64,000 bases of DNA. It comes from Bacteroidales bacterium. Lineage in GTDB: Bacteria; Bacteroidota; Bacteroidia; Bacteroidales; UBA4417. A program made the position numbers and the translations under genes. The notes under the pieces are model-generated. The model did not search any database, was not told the DNA's origin, and saw nothing but the letters and a program-made list of their open reading frames with translations. This document shows positions 17,897 through 26,388 of this stretch, one piece after another. Position 1 is the stretch's first letter. Each line of letters starts with the position of its first letter. The DNA lies in the NCBI GenBank assembly GCA_963677975.1, contig OY782677.1, positions 1,665,821-1,729,820 of the forward strand, in the 5' to 3' direction.

Positions 17897-18607
17897 TTGG
17901 GAGAACTTTTCAATCGCCTTGCTTCGGATATCAGGTTTGTCGAAAGCCTTAAAGCCTGTATTAATTGCGGCACCTGCACAGCAATTTGCCCAGCTGCCGA
18001 ATTCTATACCTACGATCCGCGTGTGGTAGCCACTACCGTGCAAACGCAGGACGATGAAAAAATACGGGAACTCCTGAGCAGCGATGTGATCTGGTATTGT
18101 GGTGAATGCATGTCGTGCAAAACACGCTGTCCGCGCGGTAATGCTCCCGGCCTTCTCATCATGGCTCTTCGCGGGCTTTCACAGGACCTGGGATACTTTA
18201 CTGAATCGGAGAAAGGCCGCCAGCAATTGGCCGTTAAACGCATTATTGGCGACCAGATTTTGTCCTCCGGGTACTGTGTCCGGCCCGATATTGTTGACCC
18301 TGCTTTGCATCCTGAACAAGGACCCGTATGGGAATGGGAACATAAAAATCTTGGACCTGTACTCGATAAGCTTGGTGCAAATTATAACGGAGACGGGGCA
18401 GGCGCATTACGCAAAATATCGGATACCGACCTCGACGAATTAAAAAGGATTTTTGAAATTACAGGTGGCAAAGAACGGTACGATAATATCGAAGCTTTCT
18501 CAAAACTGAAAGCCGATGAAATGGGTCTTGAATTCGGAACTGATACCACCAGCGACTACGTACAGCATATTTATACTGCCAACAATCAAAAACATAACCA
18601 CGAATGA
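17897..18607 (+). CDS. hdrC: heterodisulfide reductase subunit C-like 2x[4Fe-4S] protein
   Basis: CINCGTCTAICP ... CGECMSCKTRCPRGN (two CxxCxxCxxxCP motifs in the HdrC arrangement). TTG is the only start after the in-frame TGA at 17891-17893. Confidence 0.75.
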   Translation: MGELFNRLASDIRFVESLKACINCGTCTAICPAAEFYTYDPRVVATTVQTQDDEKIRELLSSDVIWYCGECMSCKTRCPRGNAPGLLIMALRGLSQDLGYFTESEKGRQQLAVKRIIGDQILSSGYCVRPDIVDPALHPEQGPVWEWEHKNLGPVLDKLGANYNGDGAGALRKISDTDLDELKRIFEITGGKERYDNIEAFSKLKADEMGLEFGTDTTSDYVQHIYTANNQKHNHE

Positions 18608-19683
18608 AGCTGGAAGGGAAGAGACTTATTTGGCAGGACTACCAGAAAGAGATAGCCGACGATCATTATTTTTATGCACGAAGCTGCATAAGGCAGACTT
18701 TCTTCCCCGGTGCCGAAGCTGTTTTTGTAAAAATCCTGAAAGATGAACTTGGTAAGGATATTCATGACGAAAAGCACCATACTTCGTGCACTGGCATAGG
18801 CTACCATTCCGATGTTGTACCTTTTGATACTACCATGACCGTGGTTGCCAGGCAGTTTGCCCTGATGACCGAAGCCGGATACGAAAACTATGCTGCCTCA
18901 TGTGTTACCAGTTTCGGACTTTATACCGAAATTCTCGATACCTGGCATCATTTCCCCGAAACCGAAGCGAAAATCAGGGAGTTCCTGTTCAAAGCAACAG
19001 GGCGTGAATTTAATAAACCGAAAAACCTGGCCCATGCCAGCGATATTGTATATAAGTTCAGGCACCAGATTGCCGGCAAGGCTAAATATAAGCTGGTTGA
19101 TAAAGACACGGGTGAACCCTTAAAGGTGGTTGAACATATTGGGTGCCATTATTCGAAAATGTTTCCTCACAAAGGAATCGGTGGAGCTGAATACCCTTAT
19201 GTACTGTCAGGAATGATTGAAGCCTGGGGAGGCGAAGTGATCGATTACCCTGAGCGCCGCCATTGCTGCGGGTTTGGGTTCAGGCAATACATAGTACAGG
19301 CTAACCGCGGTTTTTCGCTTTCGTGTTCGAAAAAGAAATTCGATTCAATGGAGCCCTATGAGCCGGATATGATTATCACCAACTGCCCCGGATGCCCTAT
19401 GTTCCTCGACCGGTGGCAATATGCTCTAAGTGAAATGGAAGGGAAAACTTATGGGAAAGGGAAGAACGGAATTCCTGTTTTTACCTACGAAGAAGTTGCA
19501 GGTTTAATAATGGGATACGATCCCTGGGAAATCGGGCTGCAGGTGCATCAGGTCCCGGCCGAACCCCTTCTTGATAAAATAGGAATACCGTATGATTCGG
19601 AACGTAAATTTAAAGGGAAAAACGGGGAGGATCTCGGAATGCCGGAATCACCGTCGTATCTCAAGTTTTATGCAGATAAATAA
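18604..19683 (+). CDS. hdrB: heterodisulfide reductase subunit B-like CCG-domain protein
   Basis: HIGCHY...RRHCCGFGFRQ...ITNCPGCPMFLD (CCG domain) plus a degenerate N-terminal CCG-like half. ATGA overlap with the upstream gene. Confidence 0.75.
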   Translation: MKLEGKRLIWQDYQKEIADDHYFYARSCIRQTFFPGAEAVFVKILKDELGKDIHDEKHHTSCTGIGYHSDVVPFDTTMTVVARQFALMTEAGYENYAASCVTSFGLYTEILDTWHHFPETEAKIREFLFKATGREFNKPKNLAHASDIVYKFRHQIAGKAKYKLVDKDTGEPLKVVEHIGCHYSKMFPHKGIGGAEYPYVLSGMIEAWGGEVIDYPERRHCCGFGFRQYIVQANRGFSLSCSKKKFDSMEPYEPDMIITNCPGCPMFLDRWQYALSEMEGKTYGKGKNGIPVFTYEEVAGLIMGYDPWEIGLQVHQVPAEPLLDKIGIPYDSERKFKGKNGEDLGMPESPSYLKFYADK

Positions 19684-19699
19684 GTCTTCTTAAAGTCGC

Positions 19700-19817
19700 G
19701 GGTTCCAAATTCCAGGACATCAACCCATCAACCCATCAACAATCTAAAACCCTGAGTAACCATGTATATCTAAATAGCTTGAAACACTGAAACCCTGAAA
19801 CTTCTAAACACGGGTAG
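19700..19817. repeat. octamer arrays CATCAACC x3 (19718-19741) and NNTGAAAC x4 (19778-19809) plus flanking ttccaaattcca
   Basis: Read directly: gacatcaacccatcaacccatcaac ... cttgaaacactgaaaccctgaaacttctaaac acgggtag. Confidence 0.8.
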
Positions 19818-19880
19818 CACAATGAACCCCTGGCAGAGCCACTGAATTGCATTAATAAAGAAAACGCCCCCAAAATAAAC

Positions 19881-20900
19881 ATGCCAAAACACGTAATTGT
19901 TATAGGAGCAGGACCGGCAGGACTCGAAACATCGGCTAACCTGGCAAAGATGGGAATTGCTGTTACACTTGTCGAGAAGGAAGAATATACCGGAGGGCAT
20001 GTAAAACAATGGCATGCTCTGTTCCCTGCTTTACTTCCGGGGACTGAAGCCCTCGATGCGATCCGCAAAGGAATGCCCGAAAATGTAAGGGTGCAAAATA
20101 AAACAACGGTTACAGGTATCGAAGCGGTTAATAATTATTTTACAGTTTCGGGCCACAACGGCTGGCAGGAAAAGGCGGATGCCATAGTTTTCGCAACCGG
20201 TTTCCAGCTTTTCGATGCACACCGTAAGGAAGAATACGGTTATGGAATTTATGAAAATGTAATCACTTCGGCTGACCTTGAAGAAATGTTTGCCACAGGT
20301 AAAAGCCTTGTTAACCGCCATGGAAATAAACCCGAAAGAATAGGATTTGTGCATTGCGTGGGTTCCCGTGATGAGAAAGTGAATAACCTGCATTGCTCCA
20401 AGGTATGCTGTATAACCGCTGTTAAACAGGCTATAGAAGTGAAACAGATGCTTCCTGAAGCGGAGGTTTTCTGCTTTTATATGGACCTGCGGATGTTCGG
20501 CCGTCATTACGAGGAACTATATAAGGAAGCACAGGAAAAATACAATATTCAGTTTATAAGGGGCAGGCTCAGCGAATCAGCGGAGGACCAGGATGGTAAT
20601 ATAGTTCTGAAGGTTGAAGATACCCTACTTGGAAAACCTTTACGTATAAAAGCAGGATTGCTAGTACTTATGGTCGGAATGGAGCCTTCGGCAGGAACCA
20701 GATCACTTGCCGACAAGCTTGGTCTTACCAAAGTTCCTGATGGATTCATCCAGCCTGCTGATGAAGTATTGCAATCAAACTTTACCGATCTTCCCGGCGT
20801 TTTCGTTGCCGGAGCATGTTCAGGCCCCAAATCAGTATCCGACACTCTTGCCGATGCCCGTTCAGCAGCTCTTGCTGTAGCCGGTTTTTTAAAAATATAA
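19881..20900 (+). CDS. hdrA: short HdrA-like FAD/[4Fe-4S] flavoprotein
   Basis: VIVIGAGPAGLETSANLAKMG (FAD dinucleotide fold), the HdrA-specific cluster motif HCVGSRDEKVNNLHCSKVCC, and a C-terminal GVFVAGACSGPK. 339 aa. Confidence 0.78.
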   Translation: MPKHVIVIGAGPAGLETSANLAKMGIAVTLVEKEEYTGGHVKQWHALFPALLPGTEALDAIRKGMPENVRVQNKTTVTGIEAVNNYFTVSGHNGWQEKADAIVFATGFQLFDAHRKEEYGYGIYENVITSADLEEMFATGKSLVNRHGNKPERIGFVHCVGSRDEKVNNLHCSKVCCITAVKQAIEVKQMLPEAEVFCFYMDLRMFGRHYEELYKEAQEKYNIQFIRGRLSESAEDQDGNIVLKVEDTLLGKPLRIKAGLLVLMVGMEPSAGTRSLADKLGLTKVPDGFIQPADEVLQSNFTDLPGVFVAGACSGPKSVSDTLADARSAALAVAGFLKI

Positions 20901-20909
20901 ACCGGAAGT

Positions 20910-21257
20910 ATGGAAAAGAAGGCAAGGCAATTCGGATACACTATTACCCGCGACAGGCAGATCGATTTCGATGCAAACAAACACGATATAAGTAAGATTG
21001 TGGCTGCCGCAGAGCCTTCACTCAACCTTTGTATTTCGTGCGGAACCTGTTCGGCTACCTGCTCTGCAGCCTTGTTTACCGATTTCAGCCTGCGGCACGT
21101 AATCCTTCTCCTGCGAAGGGGCGAAACCCAGGGTCTTGCTAAAGAAGTTGCAAAATGCATGCTTTGCGGTAAGTGCCAGCTTGTTTGCCCGCGCAATGTG
21201 AGTACACGCAATCTTATTATCCAGATAAGCAAAGCCGTAACGCCTGTTCAGCCATGA
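20910..21257 (+). CDS. small HdrC-like 2x[4Fe-4S] ferredoxin domain protein
   Basis: CISCGTCSATCS ... CMLCGKCQLVCPRN. 115 aa. The stop overlaps the next start (ATGA at 21254-21257). Confidence 0.7.
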   Translation: MEKKARQFGYTITRDRQIDFDANKHDISKIVAAAEPSLNLCISCGTCSATCSAALFTDFSLRHVILLLRRGETQGLAKEVAKCMLCGKCQLVCPRNVSTRNLIIQISKAVTPVQP

Positions 21258-23083
21258 CCTTCGACCTTTTCGTGCTTCCGTTTTTCCTGGGTTTGTTGTT
21301 CCTGCTTGTTGTTCTGTTTATTAAATACAGCCGATGGATAGCCATGATGAGTGGCCCGGACCGGGTAAAAGCCGGGATGGCACTTTTCTCGGTGGGAATG
21401 CTGAAGACAATCTGGGAAGTCTTCCTCGAAAGCCTGATGCATCGCAAGATGTTCAAGCGGAATCCTTTGCTGGGATATATGCACATGAGTTTTGCACTCG
21501 GTTGGTTCCTGCTTATAGTAATGGGAAACCTGGAATCGCGAGTATATAGCGGCGGGCACATTAACCCACCATATTATCCCATTTTCCTGAAGTTTTTTAT
21601 TCACGATAAGAGGGTGCTTCCTTTCGAAATATTCACTTTGCCTGGATTTTTCAGGTTCACTATGGATTTGATTTTGCTTTTTGTGCTATCAGGTCTGGTT
21701 CTTGCCCTTTTCAAACGTACACGTTCCAAATGGTTTGGGATGAAACGTGCCACAAAACACAATAAATTTGATAAATGGGCAATTACTTCTCTCTGGCTCA
21801 TTTTCCCGATGCGTTTACTGGCCGAAAGTTTTACTGCAGGTTTGTACAAGGGAGGCGGTTTTATTACCAATTCTCTCGGCAGTATTTTTGATGCAATCCT
21901 GCCGCTCCAGTACCTGGCTTATCCTGCCTGGTGGGCGTATTCCACCATGCTCGGGATTTTCTTTGTCACGCTTCCATGGAGCCGGTTTATGCATATTCCC
22001 ACAGAGGTCATGCTTATTTACCTGCGTAATGCAGGGATTGAACAGGGCAAATATCCCGGAAGTTTTGCCGAACTGGAATTACGCGCCTGTCCGCGCTGCG
22101 GGGTATGCATAGATGTGTGCCAGATGAACGATGCCGGGCTGAATGGCTCAACCGCTGTCTATTTTATCCGTGCTTTGCGCGAAAACCGCGGCGAGGTGCA
22201 ACTCAACTCTAACTGTATGATGTGTGGACGCTGCCTGGAAGCATGCCCGGTTGGAATTGATACTCTTGGTTTACGGGTAGGAGCTAGGAGTGTAGATAAT
22301 AAAATAGTAGCCTCTGATTTTAGTTACCTTCTGCCAAAGCCATCTGATAAGAAGAATGCAGATGTTGTGTATTTCGCCGGTTGTATGGGGCATCTTACGC
22401 CTGGAGTTAAAAATGCCATGCAGAAGATTTTTAAAAATGCGGGGGTTAATTATAATTTCATTGACGAAGATGGTTCCATTTGTTGCGGAAGACCGCTAAA
22501 ACTTGCAGGTATAACAGATGCTGCATCCACGCTTACAGTAGAAAATACCCGGAAAATCCTTGAAACAAAAGCAAGCATACTGGTTACTTCCTGCCCGATC
22601 TGTTATAAGATTTTTAATAACGATTACAAACTCAAAGGGATGCAGGTAATGCATCATAGTGTTTATATCGACAAACTTGTAACCGAAGGCCTTTTAACCC
22701 TGCAGTCTTCCGCCCTGAGAGCTGTTTACCACGACCCTTGTGAACTTGGTAGGGGTTCGGGCGTTTACGAAGAGCCACGAAATGTGCTGAAACAAATTGC
22801 TGAAGTTGCCGATGTGGCCGAACAAGGCGTGAATTCGCTTTGTTGTGGCGGCAGTATAGGCGAACTTGGGATGAACTCCACCCAACGGAACACCATTCGC
22901 GACAGCGCTCTGAAAATGCTCTGCGAGCCACAGCCTGATGTGCTGGTTACTGCCTGTCCCTTGTGCAAAAAAACTTTCGATTCAGGCAACCAGGTTGCCA
23001 TAAAGGATATTGCCGAAATGGTCGCCGAAAGTATGATTATAAACCGTCAAGTGGCTAAAAGCAAAGAACTTGTTGAGGCCTGA
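21254..23083 (+). CDS. membrane-anchored Fe-S/CCG protein (NarI/DsrM/HdrE-like TM domain fused to HdrD/DsrK-like domain)
   Basis: Starts MTFDLFVLPFFLGLLFLLVVLF. About 6 hydrophobic helices carry His residues (YMHMSFALGW, SRFMHIP). These are followed by CPRCGVCIDVC and CMMCGRCLEACP, then CCGRP...SCPICY and CCGGS...ACPLC. The track start at 21173 is an out-of-context extension. Confidence 0.75.
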   Translation: MTFDLFVLPFFLGLLFLLVVLFIKYSRWIAMMSGPDRVKAGMALFSVGMLKTIWEVFLESLMHRKMFKRNPLLGYMHMSFALGWFLLIVMGNLESRVYSGGHINPPYYPIFLKFFIHDKRVLPFEIFTLPGFFRFTMDLILLFVLSGLVLALFKRTRSKWFGMKRATKHNKFDKWAITSLWLIFPMRLLAESFTAGLYKGGGFITNSLGSIFDAILPLQYLAYPAWWAYSTMLGIFFVTLPWSRFMHIPTEVMLIYLRNAGIEQGKYPGSFAELELRACPRCGVCIDVCQMNDAGLNGSTAVYFIRALRENRGEVQLNSNCMMCGRCLEACPVGIDTLGLRVGARSVDNKIVASDFSYLLPKPSDKKNADVVYFAGCMGHLTPGVKNAMQKIFKNAGVNYNFIDEDGSICCGRPLKLAGITDAASTLTVENTRKILETKASILVTSCPICYKIFNNDYKLKGMQVMHHSVYIDKLVTEGLLTLQSSALRAVYHDPCELGRGSGVYEEPRNVLKQIAEVADVAEQGVNSLCCGGSIGELGMNSTQRNTIRDSALKMLCEPQPDVLVTACPLCKKTFDSGNQVAIKDIAEMVAESMIINRQVAKSKELVEA

Positions 23084-23431
23084 TTCGTTTAACTAAAGCC
23101 ATCCTTATTTTCAATGACTTTCGAATGATATCGATTACTGCAGGCATAATGATCGCTTCCTGCATATTTCAGTTTATTCTGTTTTTCAAAAGCAATTCCT
23201 GTTATAAATCATATCCCGTAATTCTAGGCAGAACATTTGCTGCCAGGATTCATTTATCAGATATTTATTTATGCACTCATTCAAAATGGGATGCGGCTCA
23301 GTCAAATATTCCGAACACGCTGTTTTAGATTCATTTTTTTAGATATTCTGAATATAAAGTCAGAGAAGAAATACACTTTGGGCGCAATATTATATTAAAG
23401 TAATTATTTGATTATAAGTAAGATGTAATGA

Positions 23432-23453
23432 TTTTGAAAATATTTTTTCAAAA
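23432..23453. promoter_or_regulatory. 9-bp perfect inverted repeat ttttgaaaa-tatt-ttttcaaaa; attttttcaaaatgt also repeated directly at 23462-23476
   Basis: Read directly, upstream of the GntR gene. Confidence 0.5.
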
Positions 23454-23475
23454 TGTGCTTGATTTTTTCAAAATG

Positions 23476-23513
23476 TTGTATATTTGTACTATATAACTAG
23501 TACAAATATACAA
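23476..23513. promoter_or_regulatory. operator: perfect 16-bp inverted repeat TTGTATATTTGTACTA-N6-TAGTACAAATATACAA overlapping a TAtaTTTG -7 box (23479-23486)
   Basis: The reverse complement of the right arm equals the left arm exactly. It ends 8 nt before the GntR ATG. The GTACTA/TAGTAC core resembles YtrA-subfamily operators. Confidence 0.75.
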
Positions 23514-23520
23514 TAATGCC

Positions 23521-23919
23521 ATGATAAATTTTATTTTAGACCCGGGTGGCGGAATGCCTTTCTACCGGCAGATCATTGACCAGATAAAATTTGGGATTGC
23601 CTCAGGCAATTTAAAAACAGGGGAGCAGCTTCCAACTGTCAGGTCATTAGCGGTGCAGCTTAAGGTTAACCTTAATACCATCGCCAAAGCATACAAAGAA
23701 CTCGAAATCCTGAATATCCTCGATACCCAGCAAGGTTCGGGCACCTTTATCAATGCCAATGGGGTTGTGCTGAGCAATGAGGAAAAGCAAAAAAAAATCC
23801 AGGACATCTGTAAGGAATTTTTGACGGTTGCATACACCTACGGGTTTTCGAAAGAAAATGTGATCGCTGAACTGCAAAACAACAATCTAAACAACAATCT
23901 TAATCACAAACAATTATGA
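23521..23919 (+). CDS. GntR-family transcriptional regulator, YtrA-like (short effector domain)
   Basis: PFYRQIIDQIKFGIASGNLKTGEQLPTVRSLAVQLKVNLNTIAKAYKELE is a GntR winged-helix domain. 132 aa total. Confidence 0.85.
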   Translation: MINFILDPGGGMPFYRQIIDQIKFGIASGNLKTGEQLPTVRSLAVQLKVNLNTIAKAYKELEILNILDTQQGSGTFINANGVVLSNEEKQKKIQDICKEFLTVAYTYGFSKENVIAELQNNNLNNNLNHKQL

Positions 23920-24797
23920 AAACGAAAAATCTCTTTAACTCGATTTCAACAACTGCATTAATCCTGGTATCTGCGATACTGGCAGTTTTGTTTTATTTAA
24001 AGTATCTCGACATTAAAATCTTTGTTGTACTGATCGTTTTTACAGTACTCATTACAAGCTCGATAAAAATTGCCGATCAGTGGGAAAAGGCAGTTTTGTT
24101 GCGTATGGGGAAATATATTGGTTTAAAAGGACCAGGGATATTTTTTATTGTACCAGTTATCGATAATGTTATGGACTATATCGATCAAAGGGTCAGGGTT
24201 ACTGATTTCAAGGCAGATCAAACTTTAACCAAGGACACTGTGCCCGTGAATGTAGTTGCTACTTTATACTGGACAGTGTGGGACGTTGAAAAAGCGGCTC
24301 TTGAGGTACAGGATTACATGACAGCTGTTCAATATATTGCTCAAACCGGTTTGAGAGATATTATAGGGCGGCACGAATTGGCCGATTTGCTTCAGGACAG
24401 GGTGAAAATTGCCGAAGACCTTCAGAAATTACTTGATGAGAATACAAATCCGTGGGGGATTACCTGTCAGACTGTCGGGATAAAAGATATTACTATTCCT
24501 CAGGGTTTATCGGATGCCATGAGCAAACAAGCCCAAGCCGAAAGGGAGCGCAAAGCCCGGGTTATCCTTGGAACGGCCGAAACCGAAATAGCCGAAAAAT
24601 TTGCCAAAGCCAGCGAATCGTACCTGAGTAACCCCGTTGCCCTTCAGTTAAGGGCAATGAACCTGATTGGTGAAGGCCTGAAAATAGGTTCGATGATAAT
24701 AGTCCCCAGTTCTGCGCTCGATACTATGAATCTTGGCGGGATAAGCGGTATAACATCTCTGTCAAAATTAAATGTAACGGAGCCCATACCACAATAA
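23916..24797 (+). CDS. SPFH/band-7 (stomatin-like) membrane protein
   Basis: N-terminal TM helices, then KIADQWEKAVLLRMGKYIGLKGPGIFFIVPVID...RVTDF...TKD...V and a coiled-coil QAQAERERKARV. ATGA overlap with the GntR gene. Confidence 0.85.
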   Translation: MKTKNLFNSISTTALILVSAILAVLFYLKYLDIKIFVVLIVFTVLITSSIKIADQWEKAVLLRMGKYIGLKGPGIFFIVPVIDNVMDYIDQRVRVTDFKADQTLTKDTVPVNVVATLYWTVWDVEKAALEVQDYMTAVQYIAQTGLRDIIGRHELADLLQDRVKIAEDLQKLLDENTNPWGITCQTVGIKDITIPQGLSDAMSKQAQAERERKARVILGTAETEIAEKFAKASESYLSNPVALQLRAMNLIGEGLKIGSMIIVPSSALDTMNLGGISGITSLSKLNVTEPIPQ

Positions 24798-24818
24798 TCC
24801 TGTTTGTACAACCAAGCA

Positions 24819-24845
24819 TCCCGGGCCCTAAACCCGGGATTTTTT
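24819..24845 (+). terminator. rho-independent terminator (tcccggg-ccctaaa-cccggga + T6)
   Basis: Perfect 7-bp GC-rich stem followed by tttttt. Confidence 0.8.
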
Positions 24846-25000
24846 GCCTGGGCGACATAATATTCATATTCGCCAGCGATTATATTCTCCATCTTTCCGG
24901 AGCCGGCTGAATTAATACTAAAAATAGTTCTGTAATCTCCCTTGAGATTTTTTGAGAATAATCTCGTTTGTTTCAGGACGAAAATGAAACGGCTTTAATC

Positions 25001-26215
25001 TTAATTATCGGCAATTACAATTTTTCGGGTGGCTATCTGGTTTTTGTTTTCCCTGATGTTTAAAATATAAAGCCCGGCTGGTAAATTGCCCCTGTACATA
25101 GTAATGACCTGTCCTGAAATATTTTTTAGTTGCTGCACCCTCTGCCCGATTGAATTGAAAATAGTAAGGGTTGCATCATTCAGCATAACGGTGGACTGGA
25201 GAGTAGTTTGTGTAACCCATGGGTTTGGTTCAACGGATATAACGTCTTGCTTTAACTTGTTTTCACCCGGAAGCGAAAGGAAACTCATTGAGATTTTTGA
25301 CACAAAACTTCCTGATGTAATGCCGCCACCGGTTCCGGCATAAAAATAGTTATTCAGAGCAGTCACCGAATAGTATGATACAGTTCCTTCAACTGCATTG
25401 GTTATCATGTTCCAGGTCAACCCGTTGTCGACACTGTAAAAGGCACTTGCATAGGTTCCGGCAACAATATACCCGTTATTGGCTGAGAAGCAGGTAACAA
25501 CTGAACTTGTGGGTAAGCCGGTCGCAGTATTCCATGTATTACAGTGATCCGGAGAAATATAAATTCCATTTGTGGTTCCGGCCACAATATTTCCGTCGAT
25601 TACCAGTAATGATTTAACAGGGAGAACAGGATTGGTTGCATTGCCCGGCCTTGTCCAGGCTGCCCCGTTATCGGAACTAACATACACCCCCGAATCTGTT
25701 GCGGCGAGTAACTGGTTTCCATCAATAGCCAGTGCGTTAACAGCCAGATTTGCCGGTATGCCGTTATGCATTGGCAACCAGCCTGCAGCGGTTAAAGCTT
25801 TTCGATATATTCCATTTCCGGGGCCATGCCCAATTCCGGCAAAGAGATAATTATCCTTAACCTTCACGGCATAAACAAAATCATTTAAATCTAAATGAAG
25901 GTCCAGTGATGTCCAGTTTTCGCCGCCGTTTTTTGATATATATACCTCACCAAACGCACCTGCATAGAGACTGTCGTTAGCATTAGTAAGAGAGAAAATG
26001 TAGGCCCCGCCAAACTGTATCCCATTATTCATGGCATTCCAGGTGCCGCCTTCGTCGGGGCTCATATACACGCCGCCGCCCGCTAGCCCGGCATACAAAT
26101 TTGTATTTACCGTTATAAATGAAATGGCCGGATTGGTAAAGGAATAAAGATTTTGCCATTGTGCGCCGGCGACTCCTGCTAATGACAGGAAGGCGAATAA
26201 AAGTATAGCTTTCAT
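25001..26215 (-). CDS. secreted BNR/Asp-box repeat beta-propeller protein with T9SS C-terminal sorting domain
   Basis: Signal peptide MKAILLFAFLSLAGVAGA. Repeated SxDxGxTW boxes (SPDEGGTW, SKNGGENW, SSDNGAAW, SPDHCNTW, SVDNGLTW). The C-terminus ...LTIFNSIGQRVQQL...LPAGLYILNI...KIVIADN is a Por secretion tail. Confidence 0.8.
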   Translation of the reverse strand: MKAILLFAFLSLAGVAGAQWQNLYSFTNPAISFITVNTNLYAGLAGGGVYMSPDEGGTWNAMNNGIQFGGAYIFSLTNANDSLYAGAFGEVYISKNGGENWTSLDLHLDLNDFVYAVKVKDNYLFAGIGHGPGNGIYRKALTAAGWLPMHNGIPANLAVNALAIDGNQLLAATDSGVYVSSDNGAAWTRPGNATNPVLPVKSLLVIDGNIVAGTTNGIYISPDHCNTWNTATGLPTSSVVTCFSANNGYIVAGTYASAFYSVDNGLTWNMITNAVEGTVSYYSVTALNNYFYAGTGGGITSGSFVSKISMSFLSLPGENKLKQDVISVEPNPWVTQTTLQSTVMLNDATLTIFNSIGQRVQQLKNISGQVITMYRGNLPAGLYILNIRENKNQIATRKIVIADN

Positions 26216-26388
26216 GTTCTGTTAATTATACTTTCAACAAAAGAAAAATTCAGTTACAGGCAGATATAATAAATAGCTATATGAGAGACACTTTAAAGGT
26301 CATTTACCACTACAAGGCGTTGAAAAATAGTTTGTTGAAGATAGATAGAATCAGGAATAACAGTATATGCAGCGATTCAGGACAGTGT

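Noticed and set aside
20549-21232. 227-aa minus-strand ORF
   Set aside because: It lies antisense across the hdrA-like and ferredoxin-like genes, which carry clear cofactor motifs. It has no motifs of its own.
21173-21253. Upstream extension of the membrane Fe-S/CCG protein
   Set aside because: The extension overlaps the preceding ferredoxin gene in another frame. ATG 21254 forms an ATGA coupling with that gene's stop and starts directly at the first TM helix.
23125-23328. 67-aa ORF (MISITAGIMIASCIFQF...) downstream of the hdr-like cluster
   Set aside because: It sits in an AT-rich intergenic context and I see no promoter box, terminator or recognisable family. It could be a small membrane protein, but I cannot support that.
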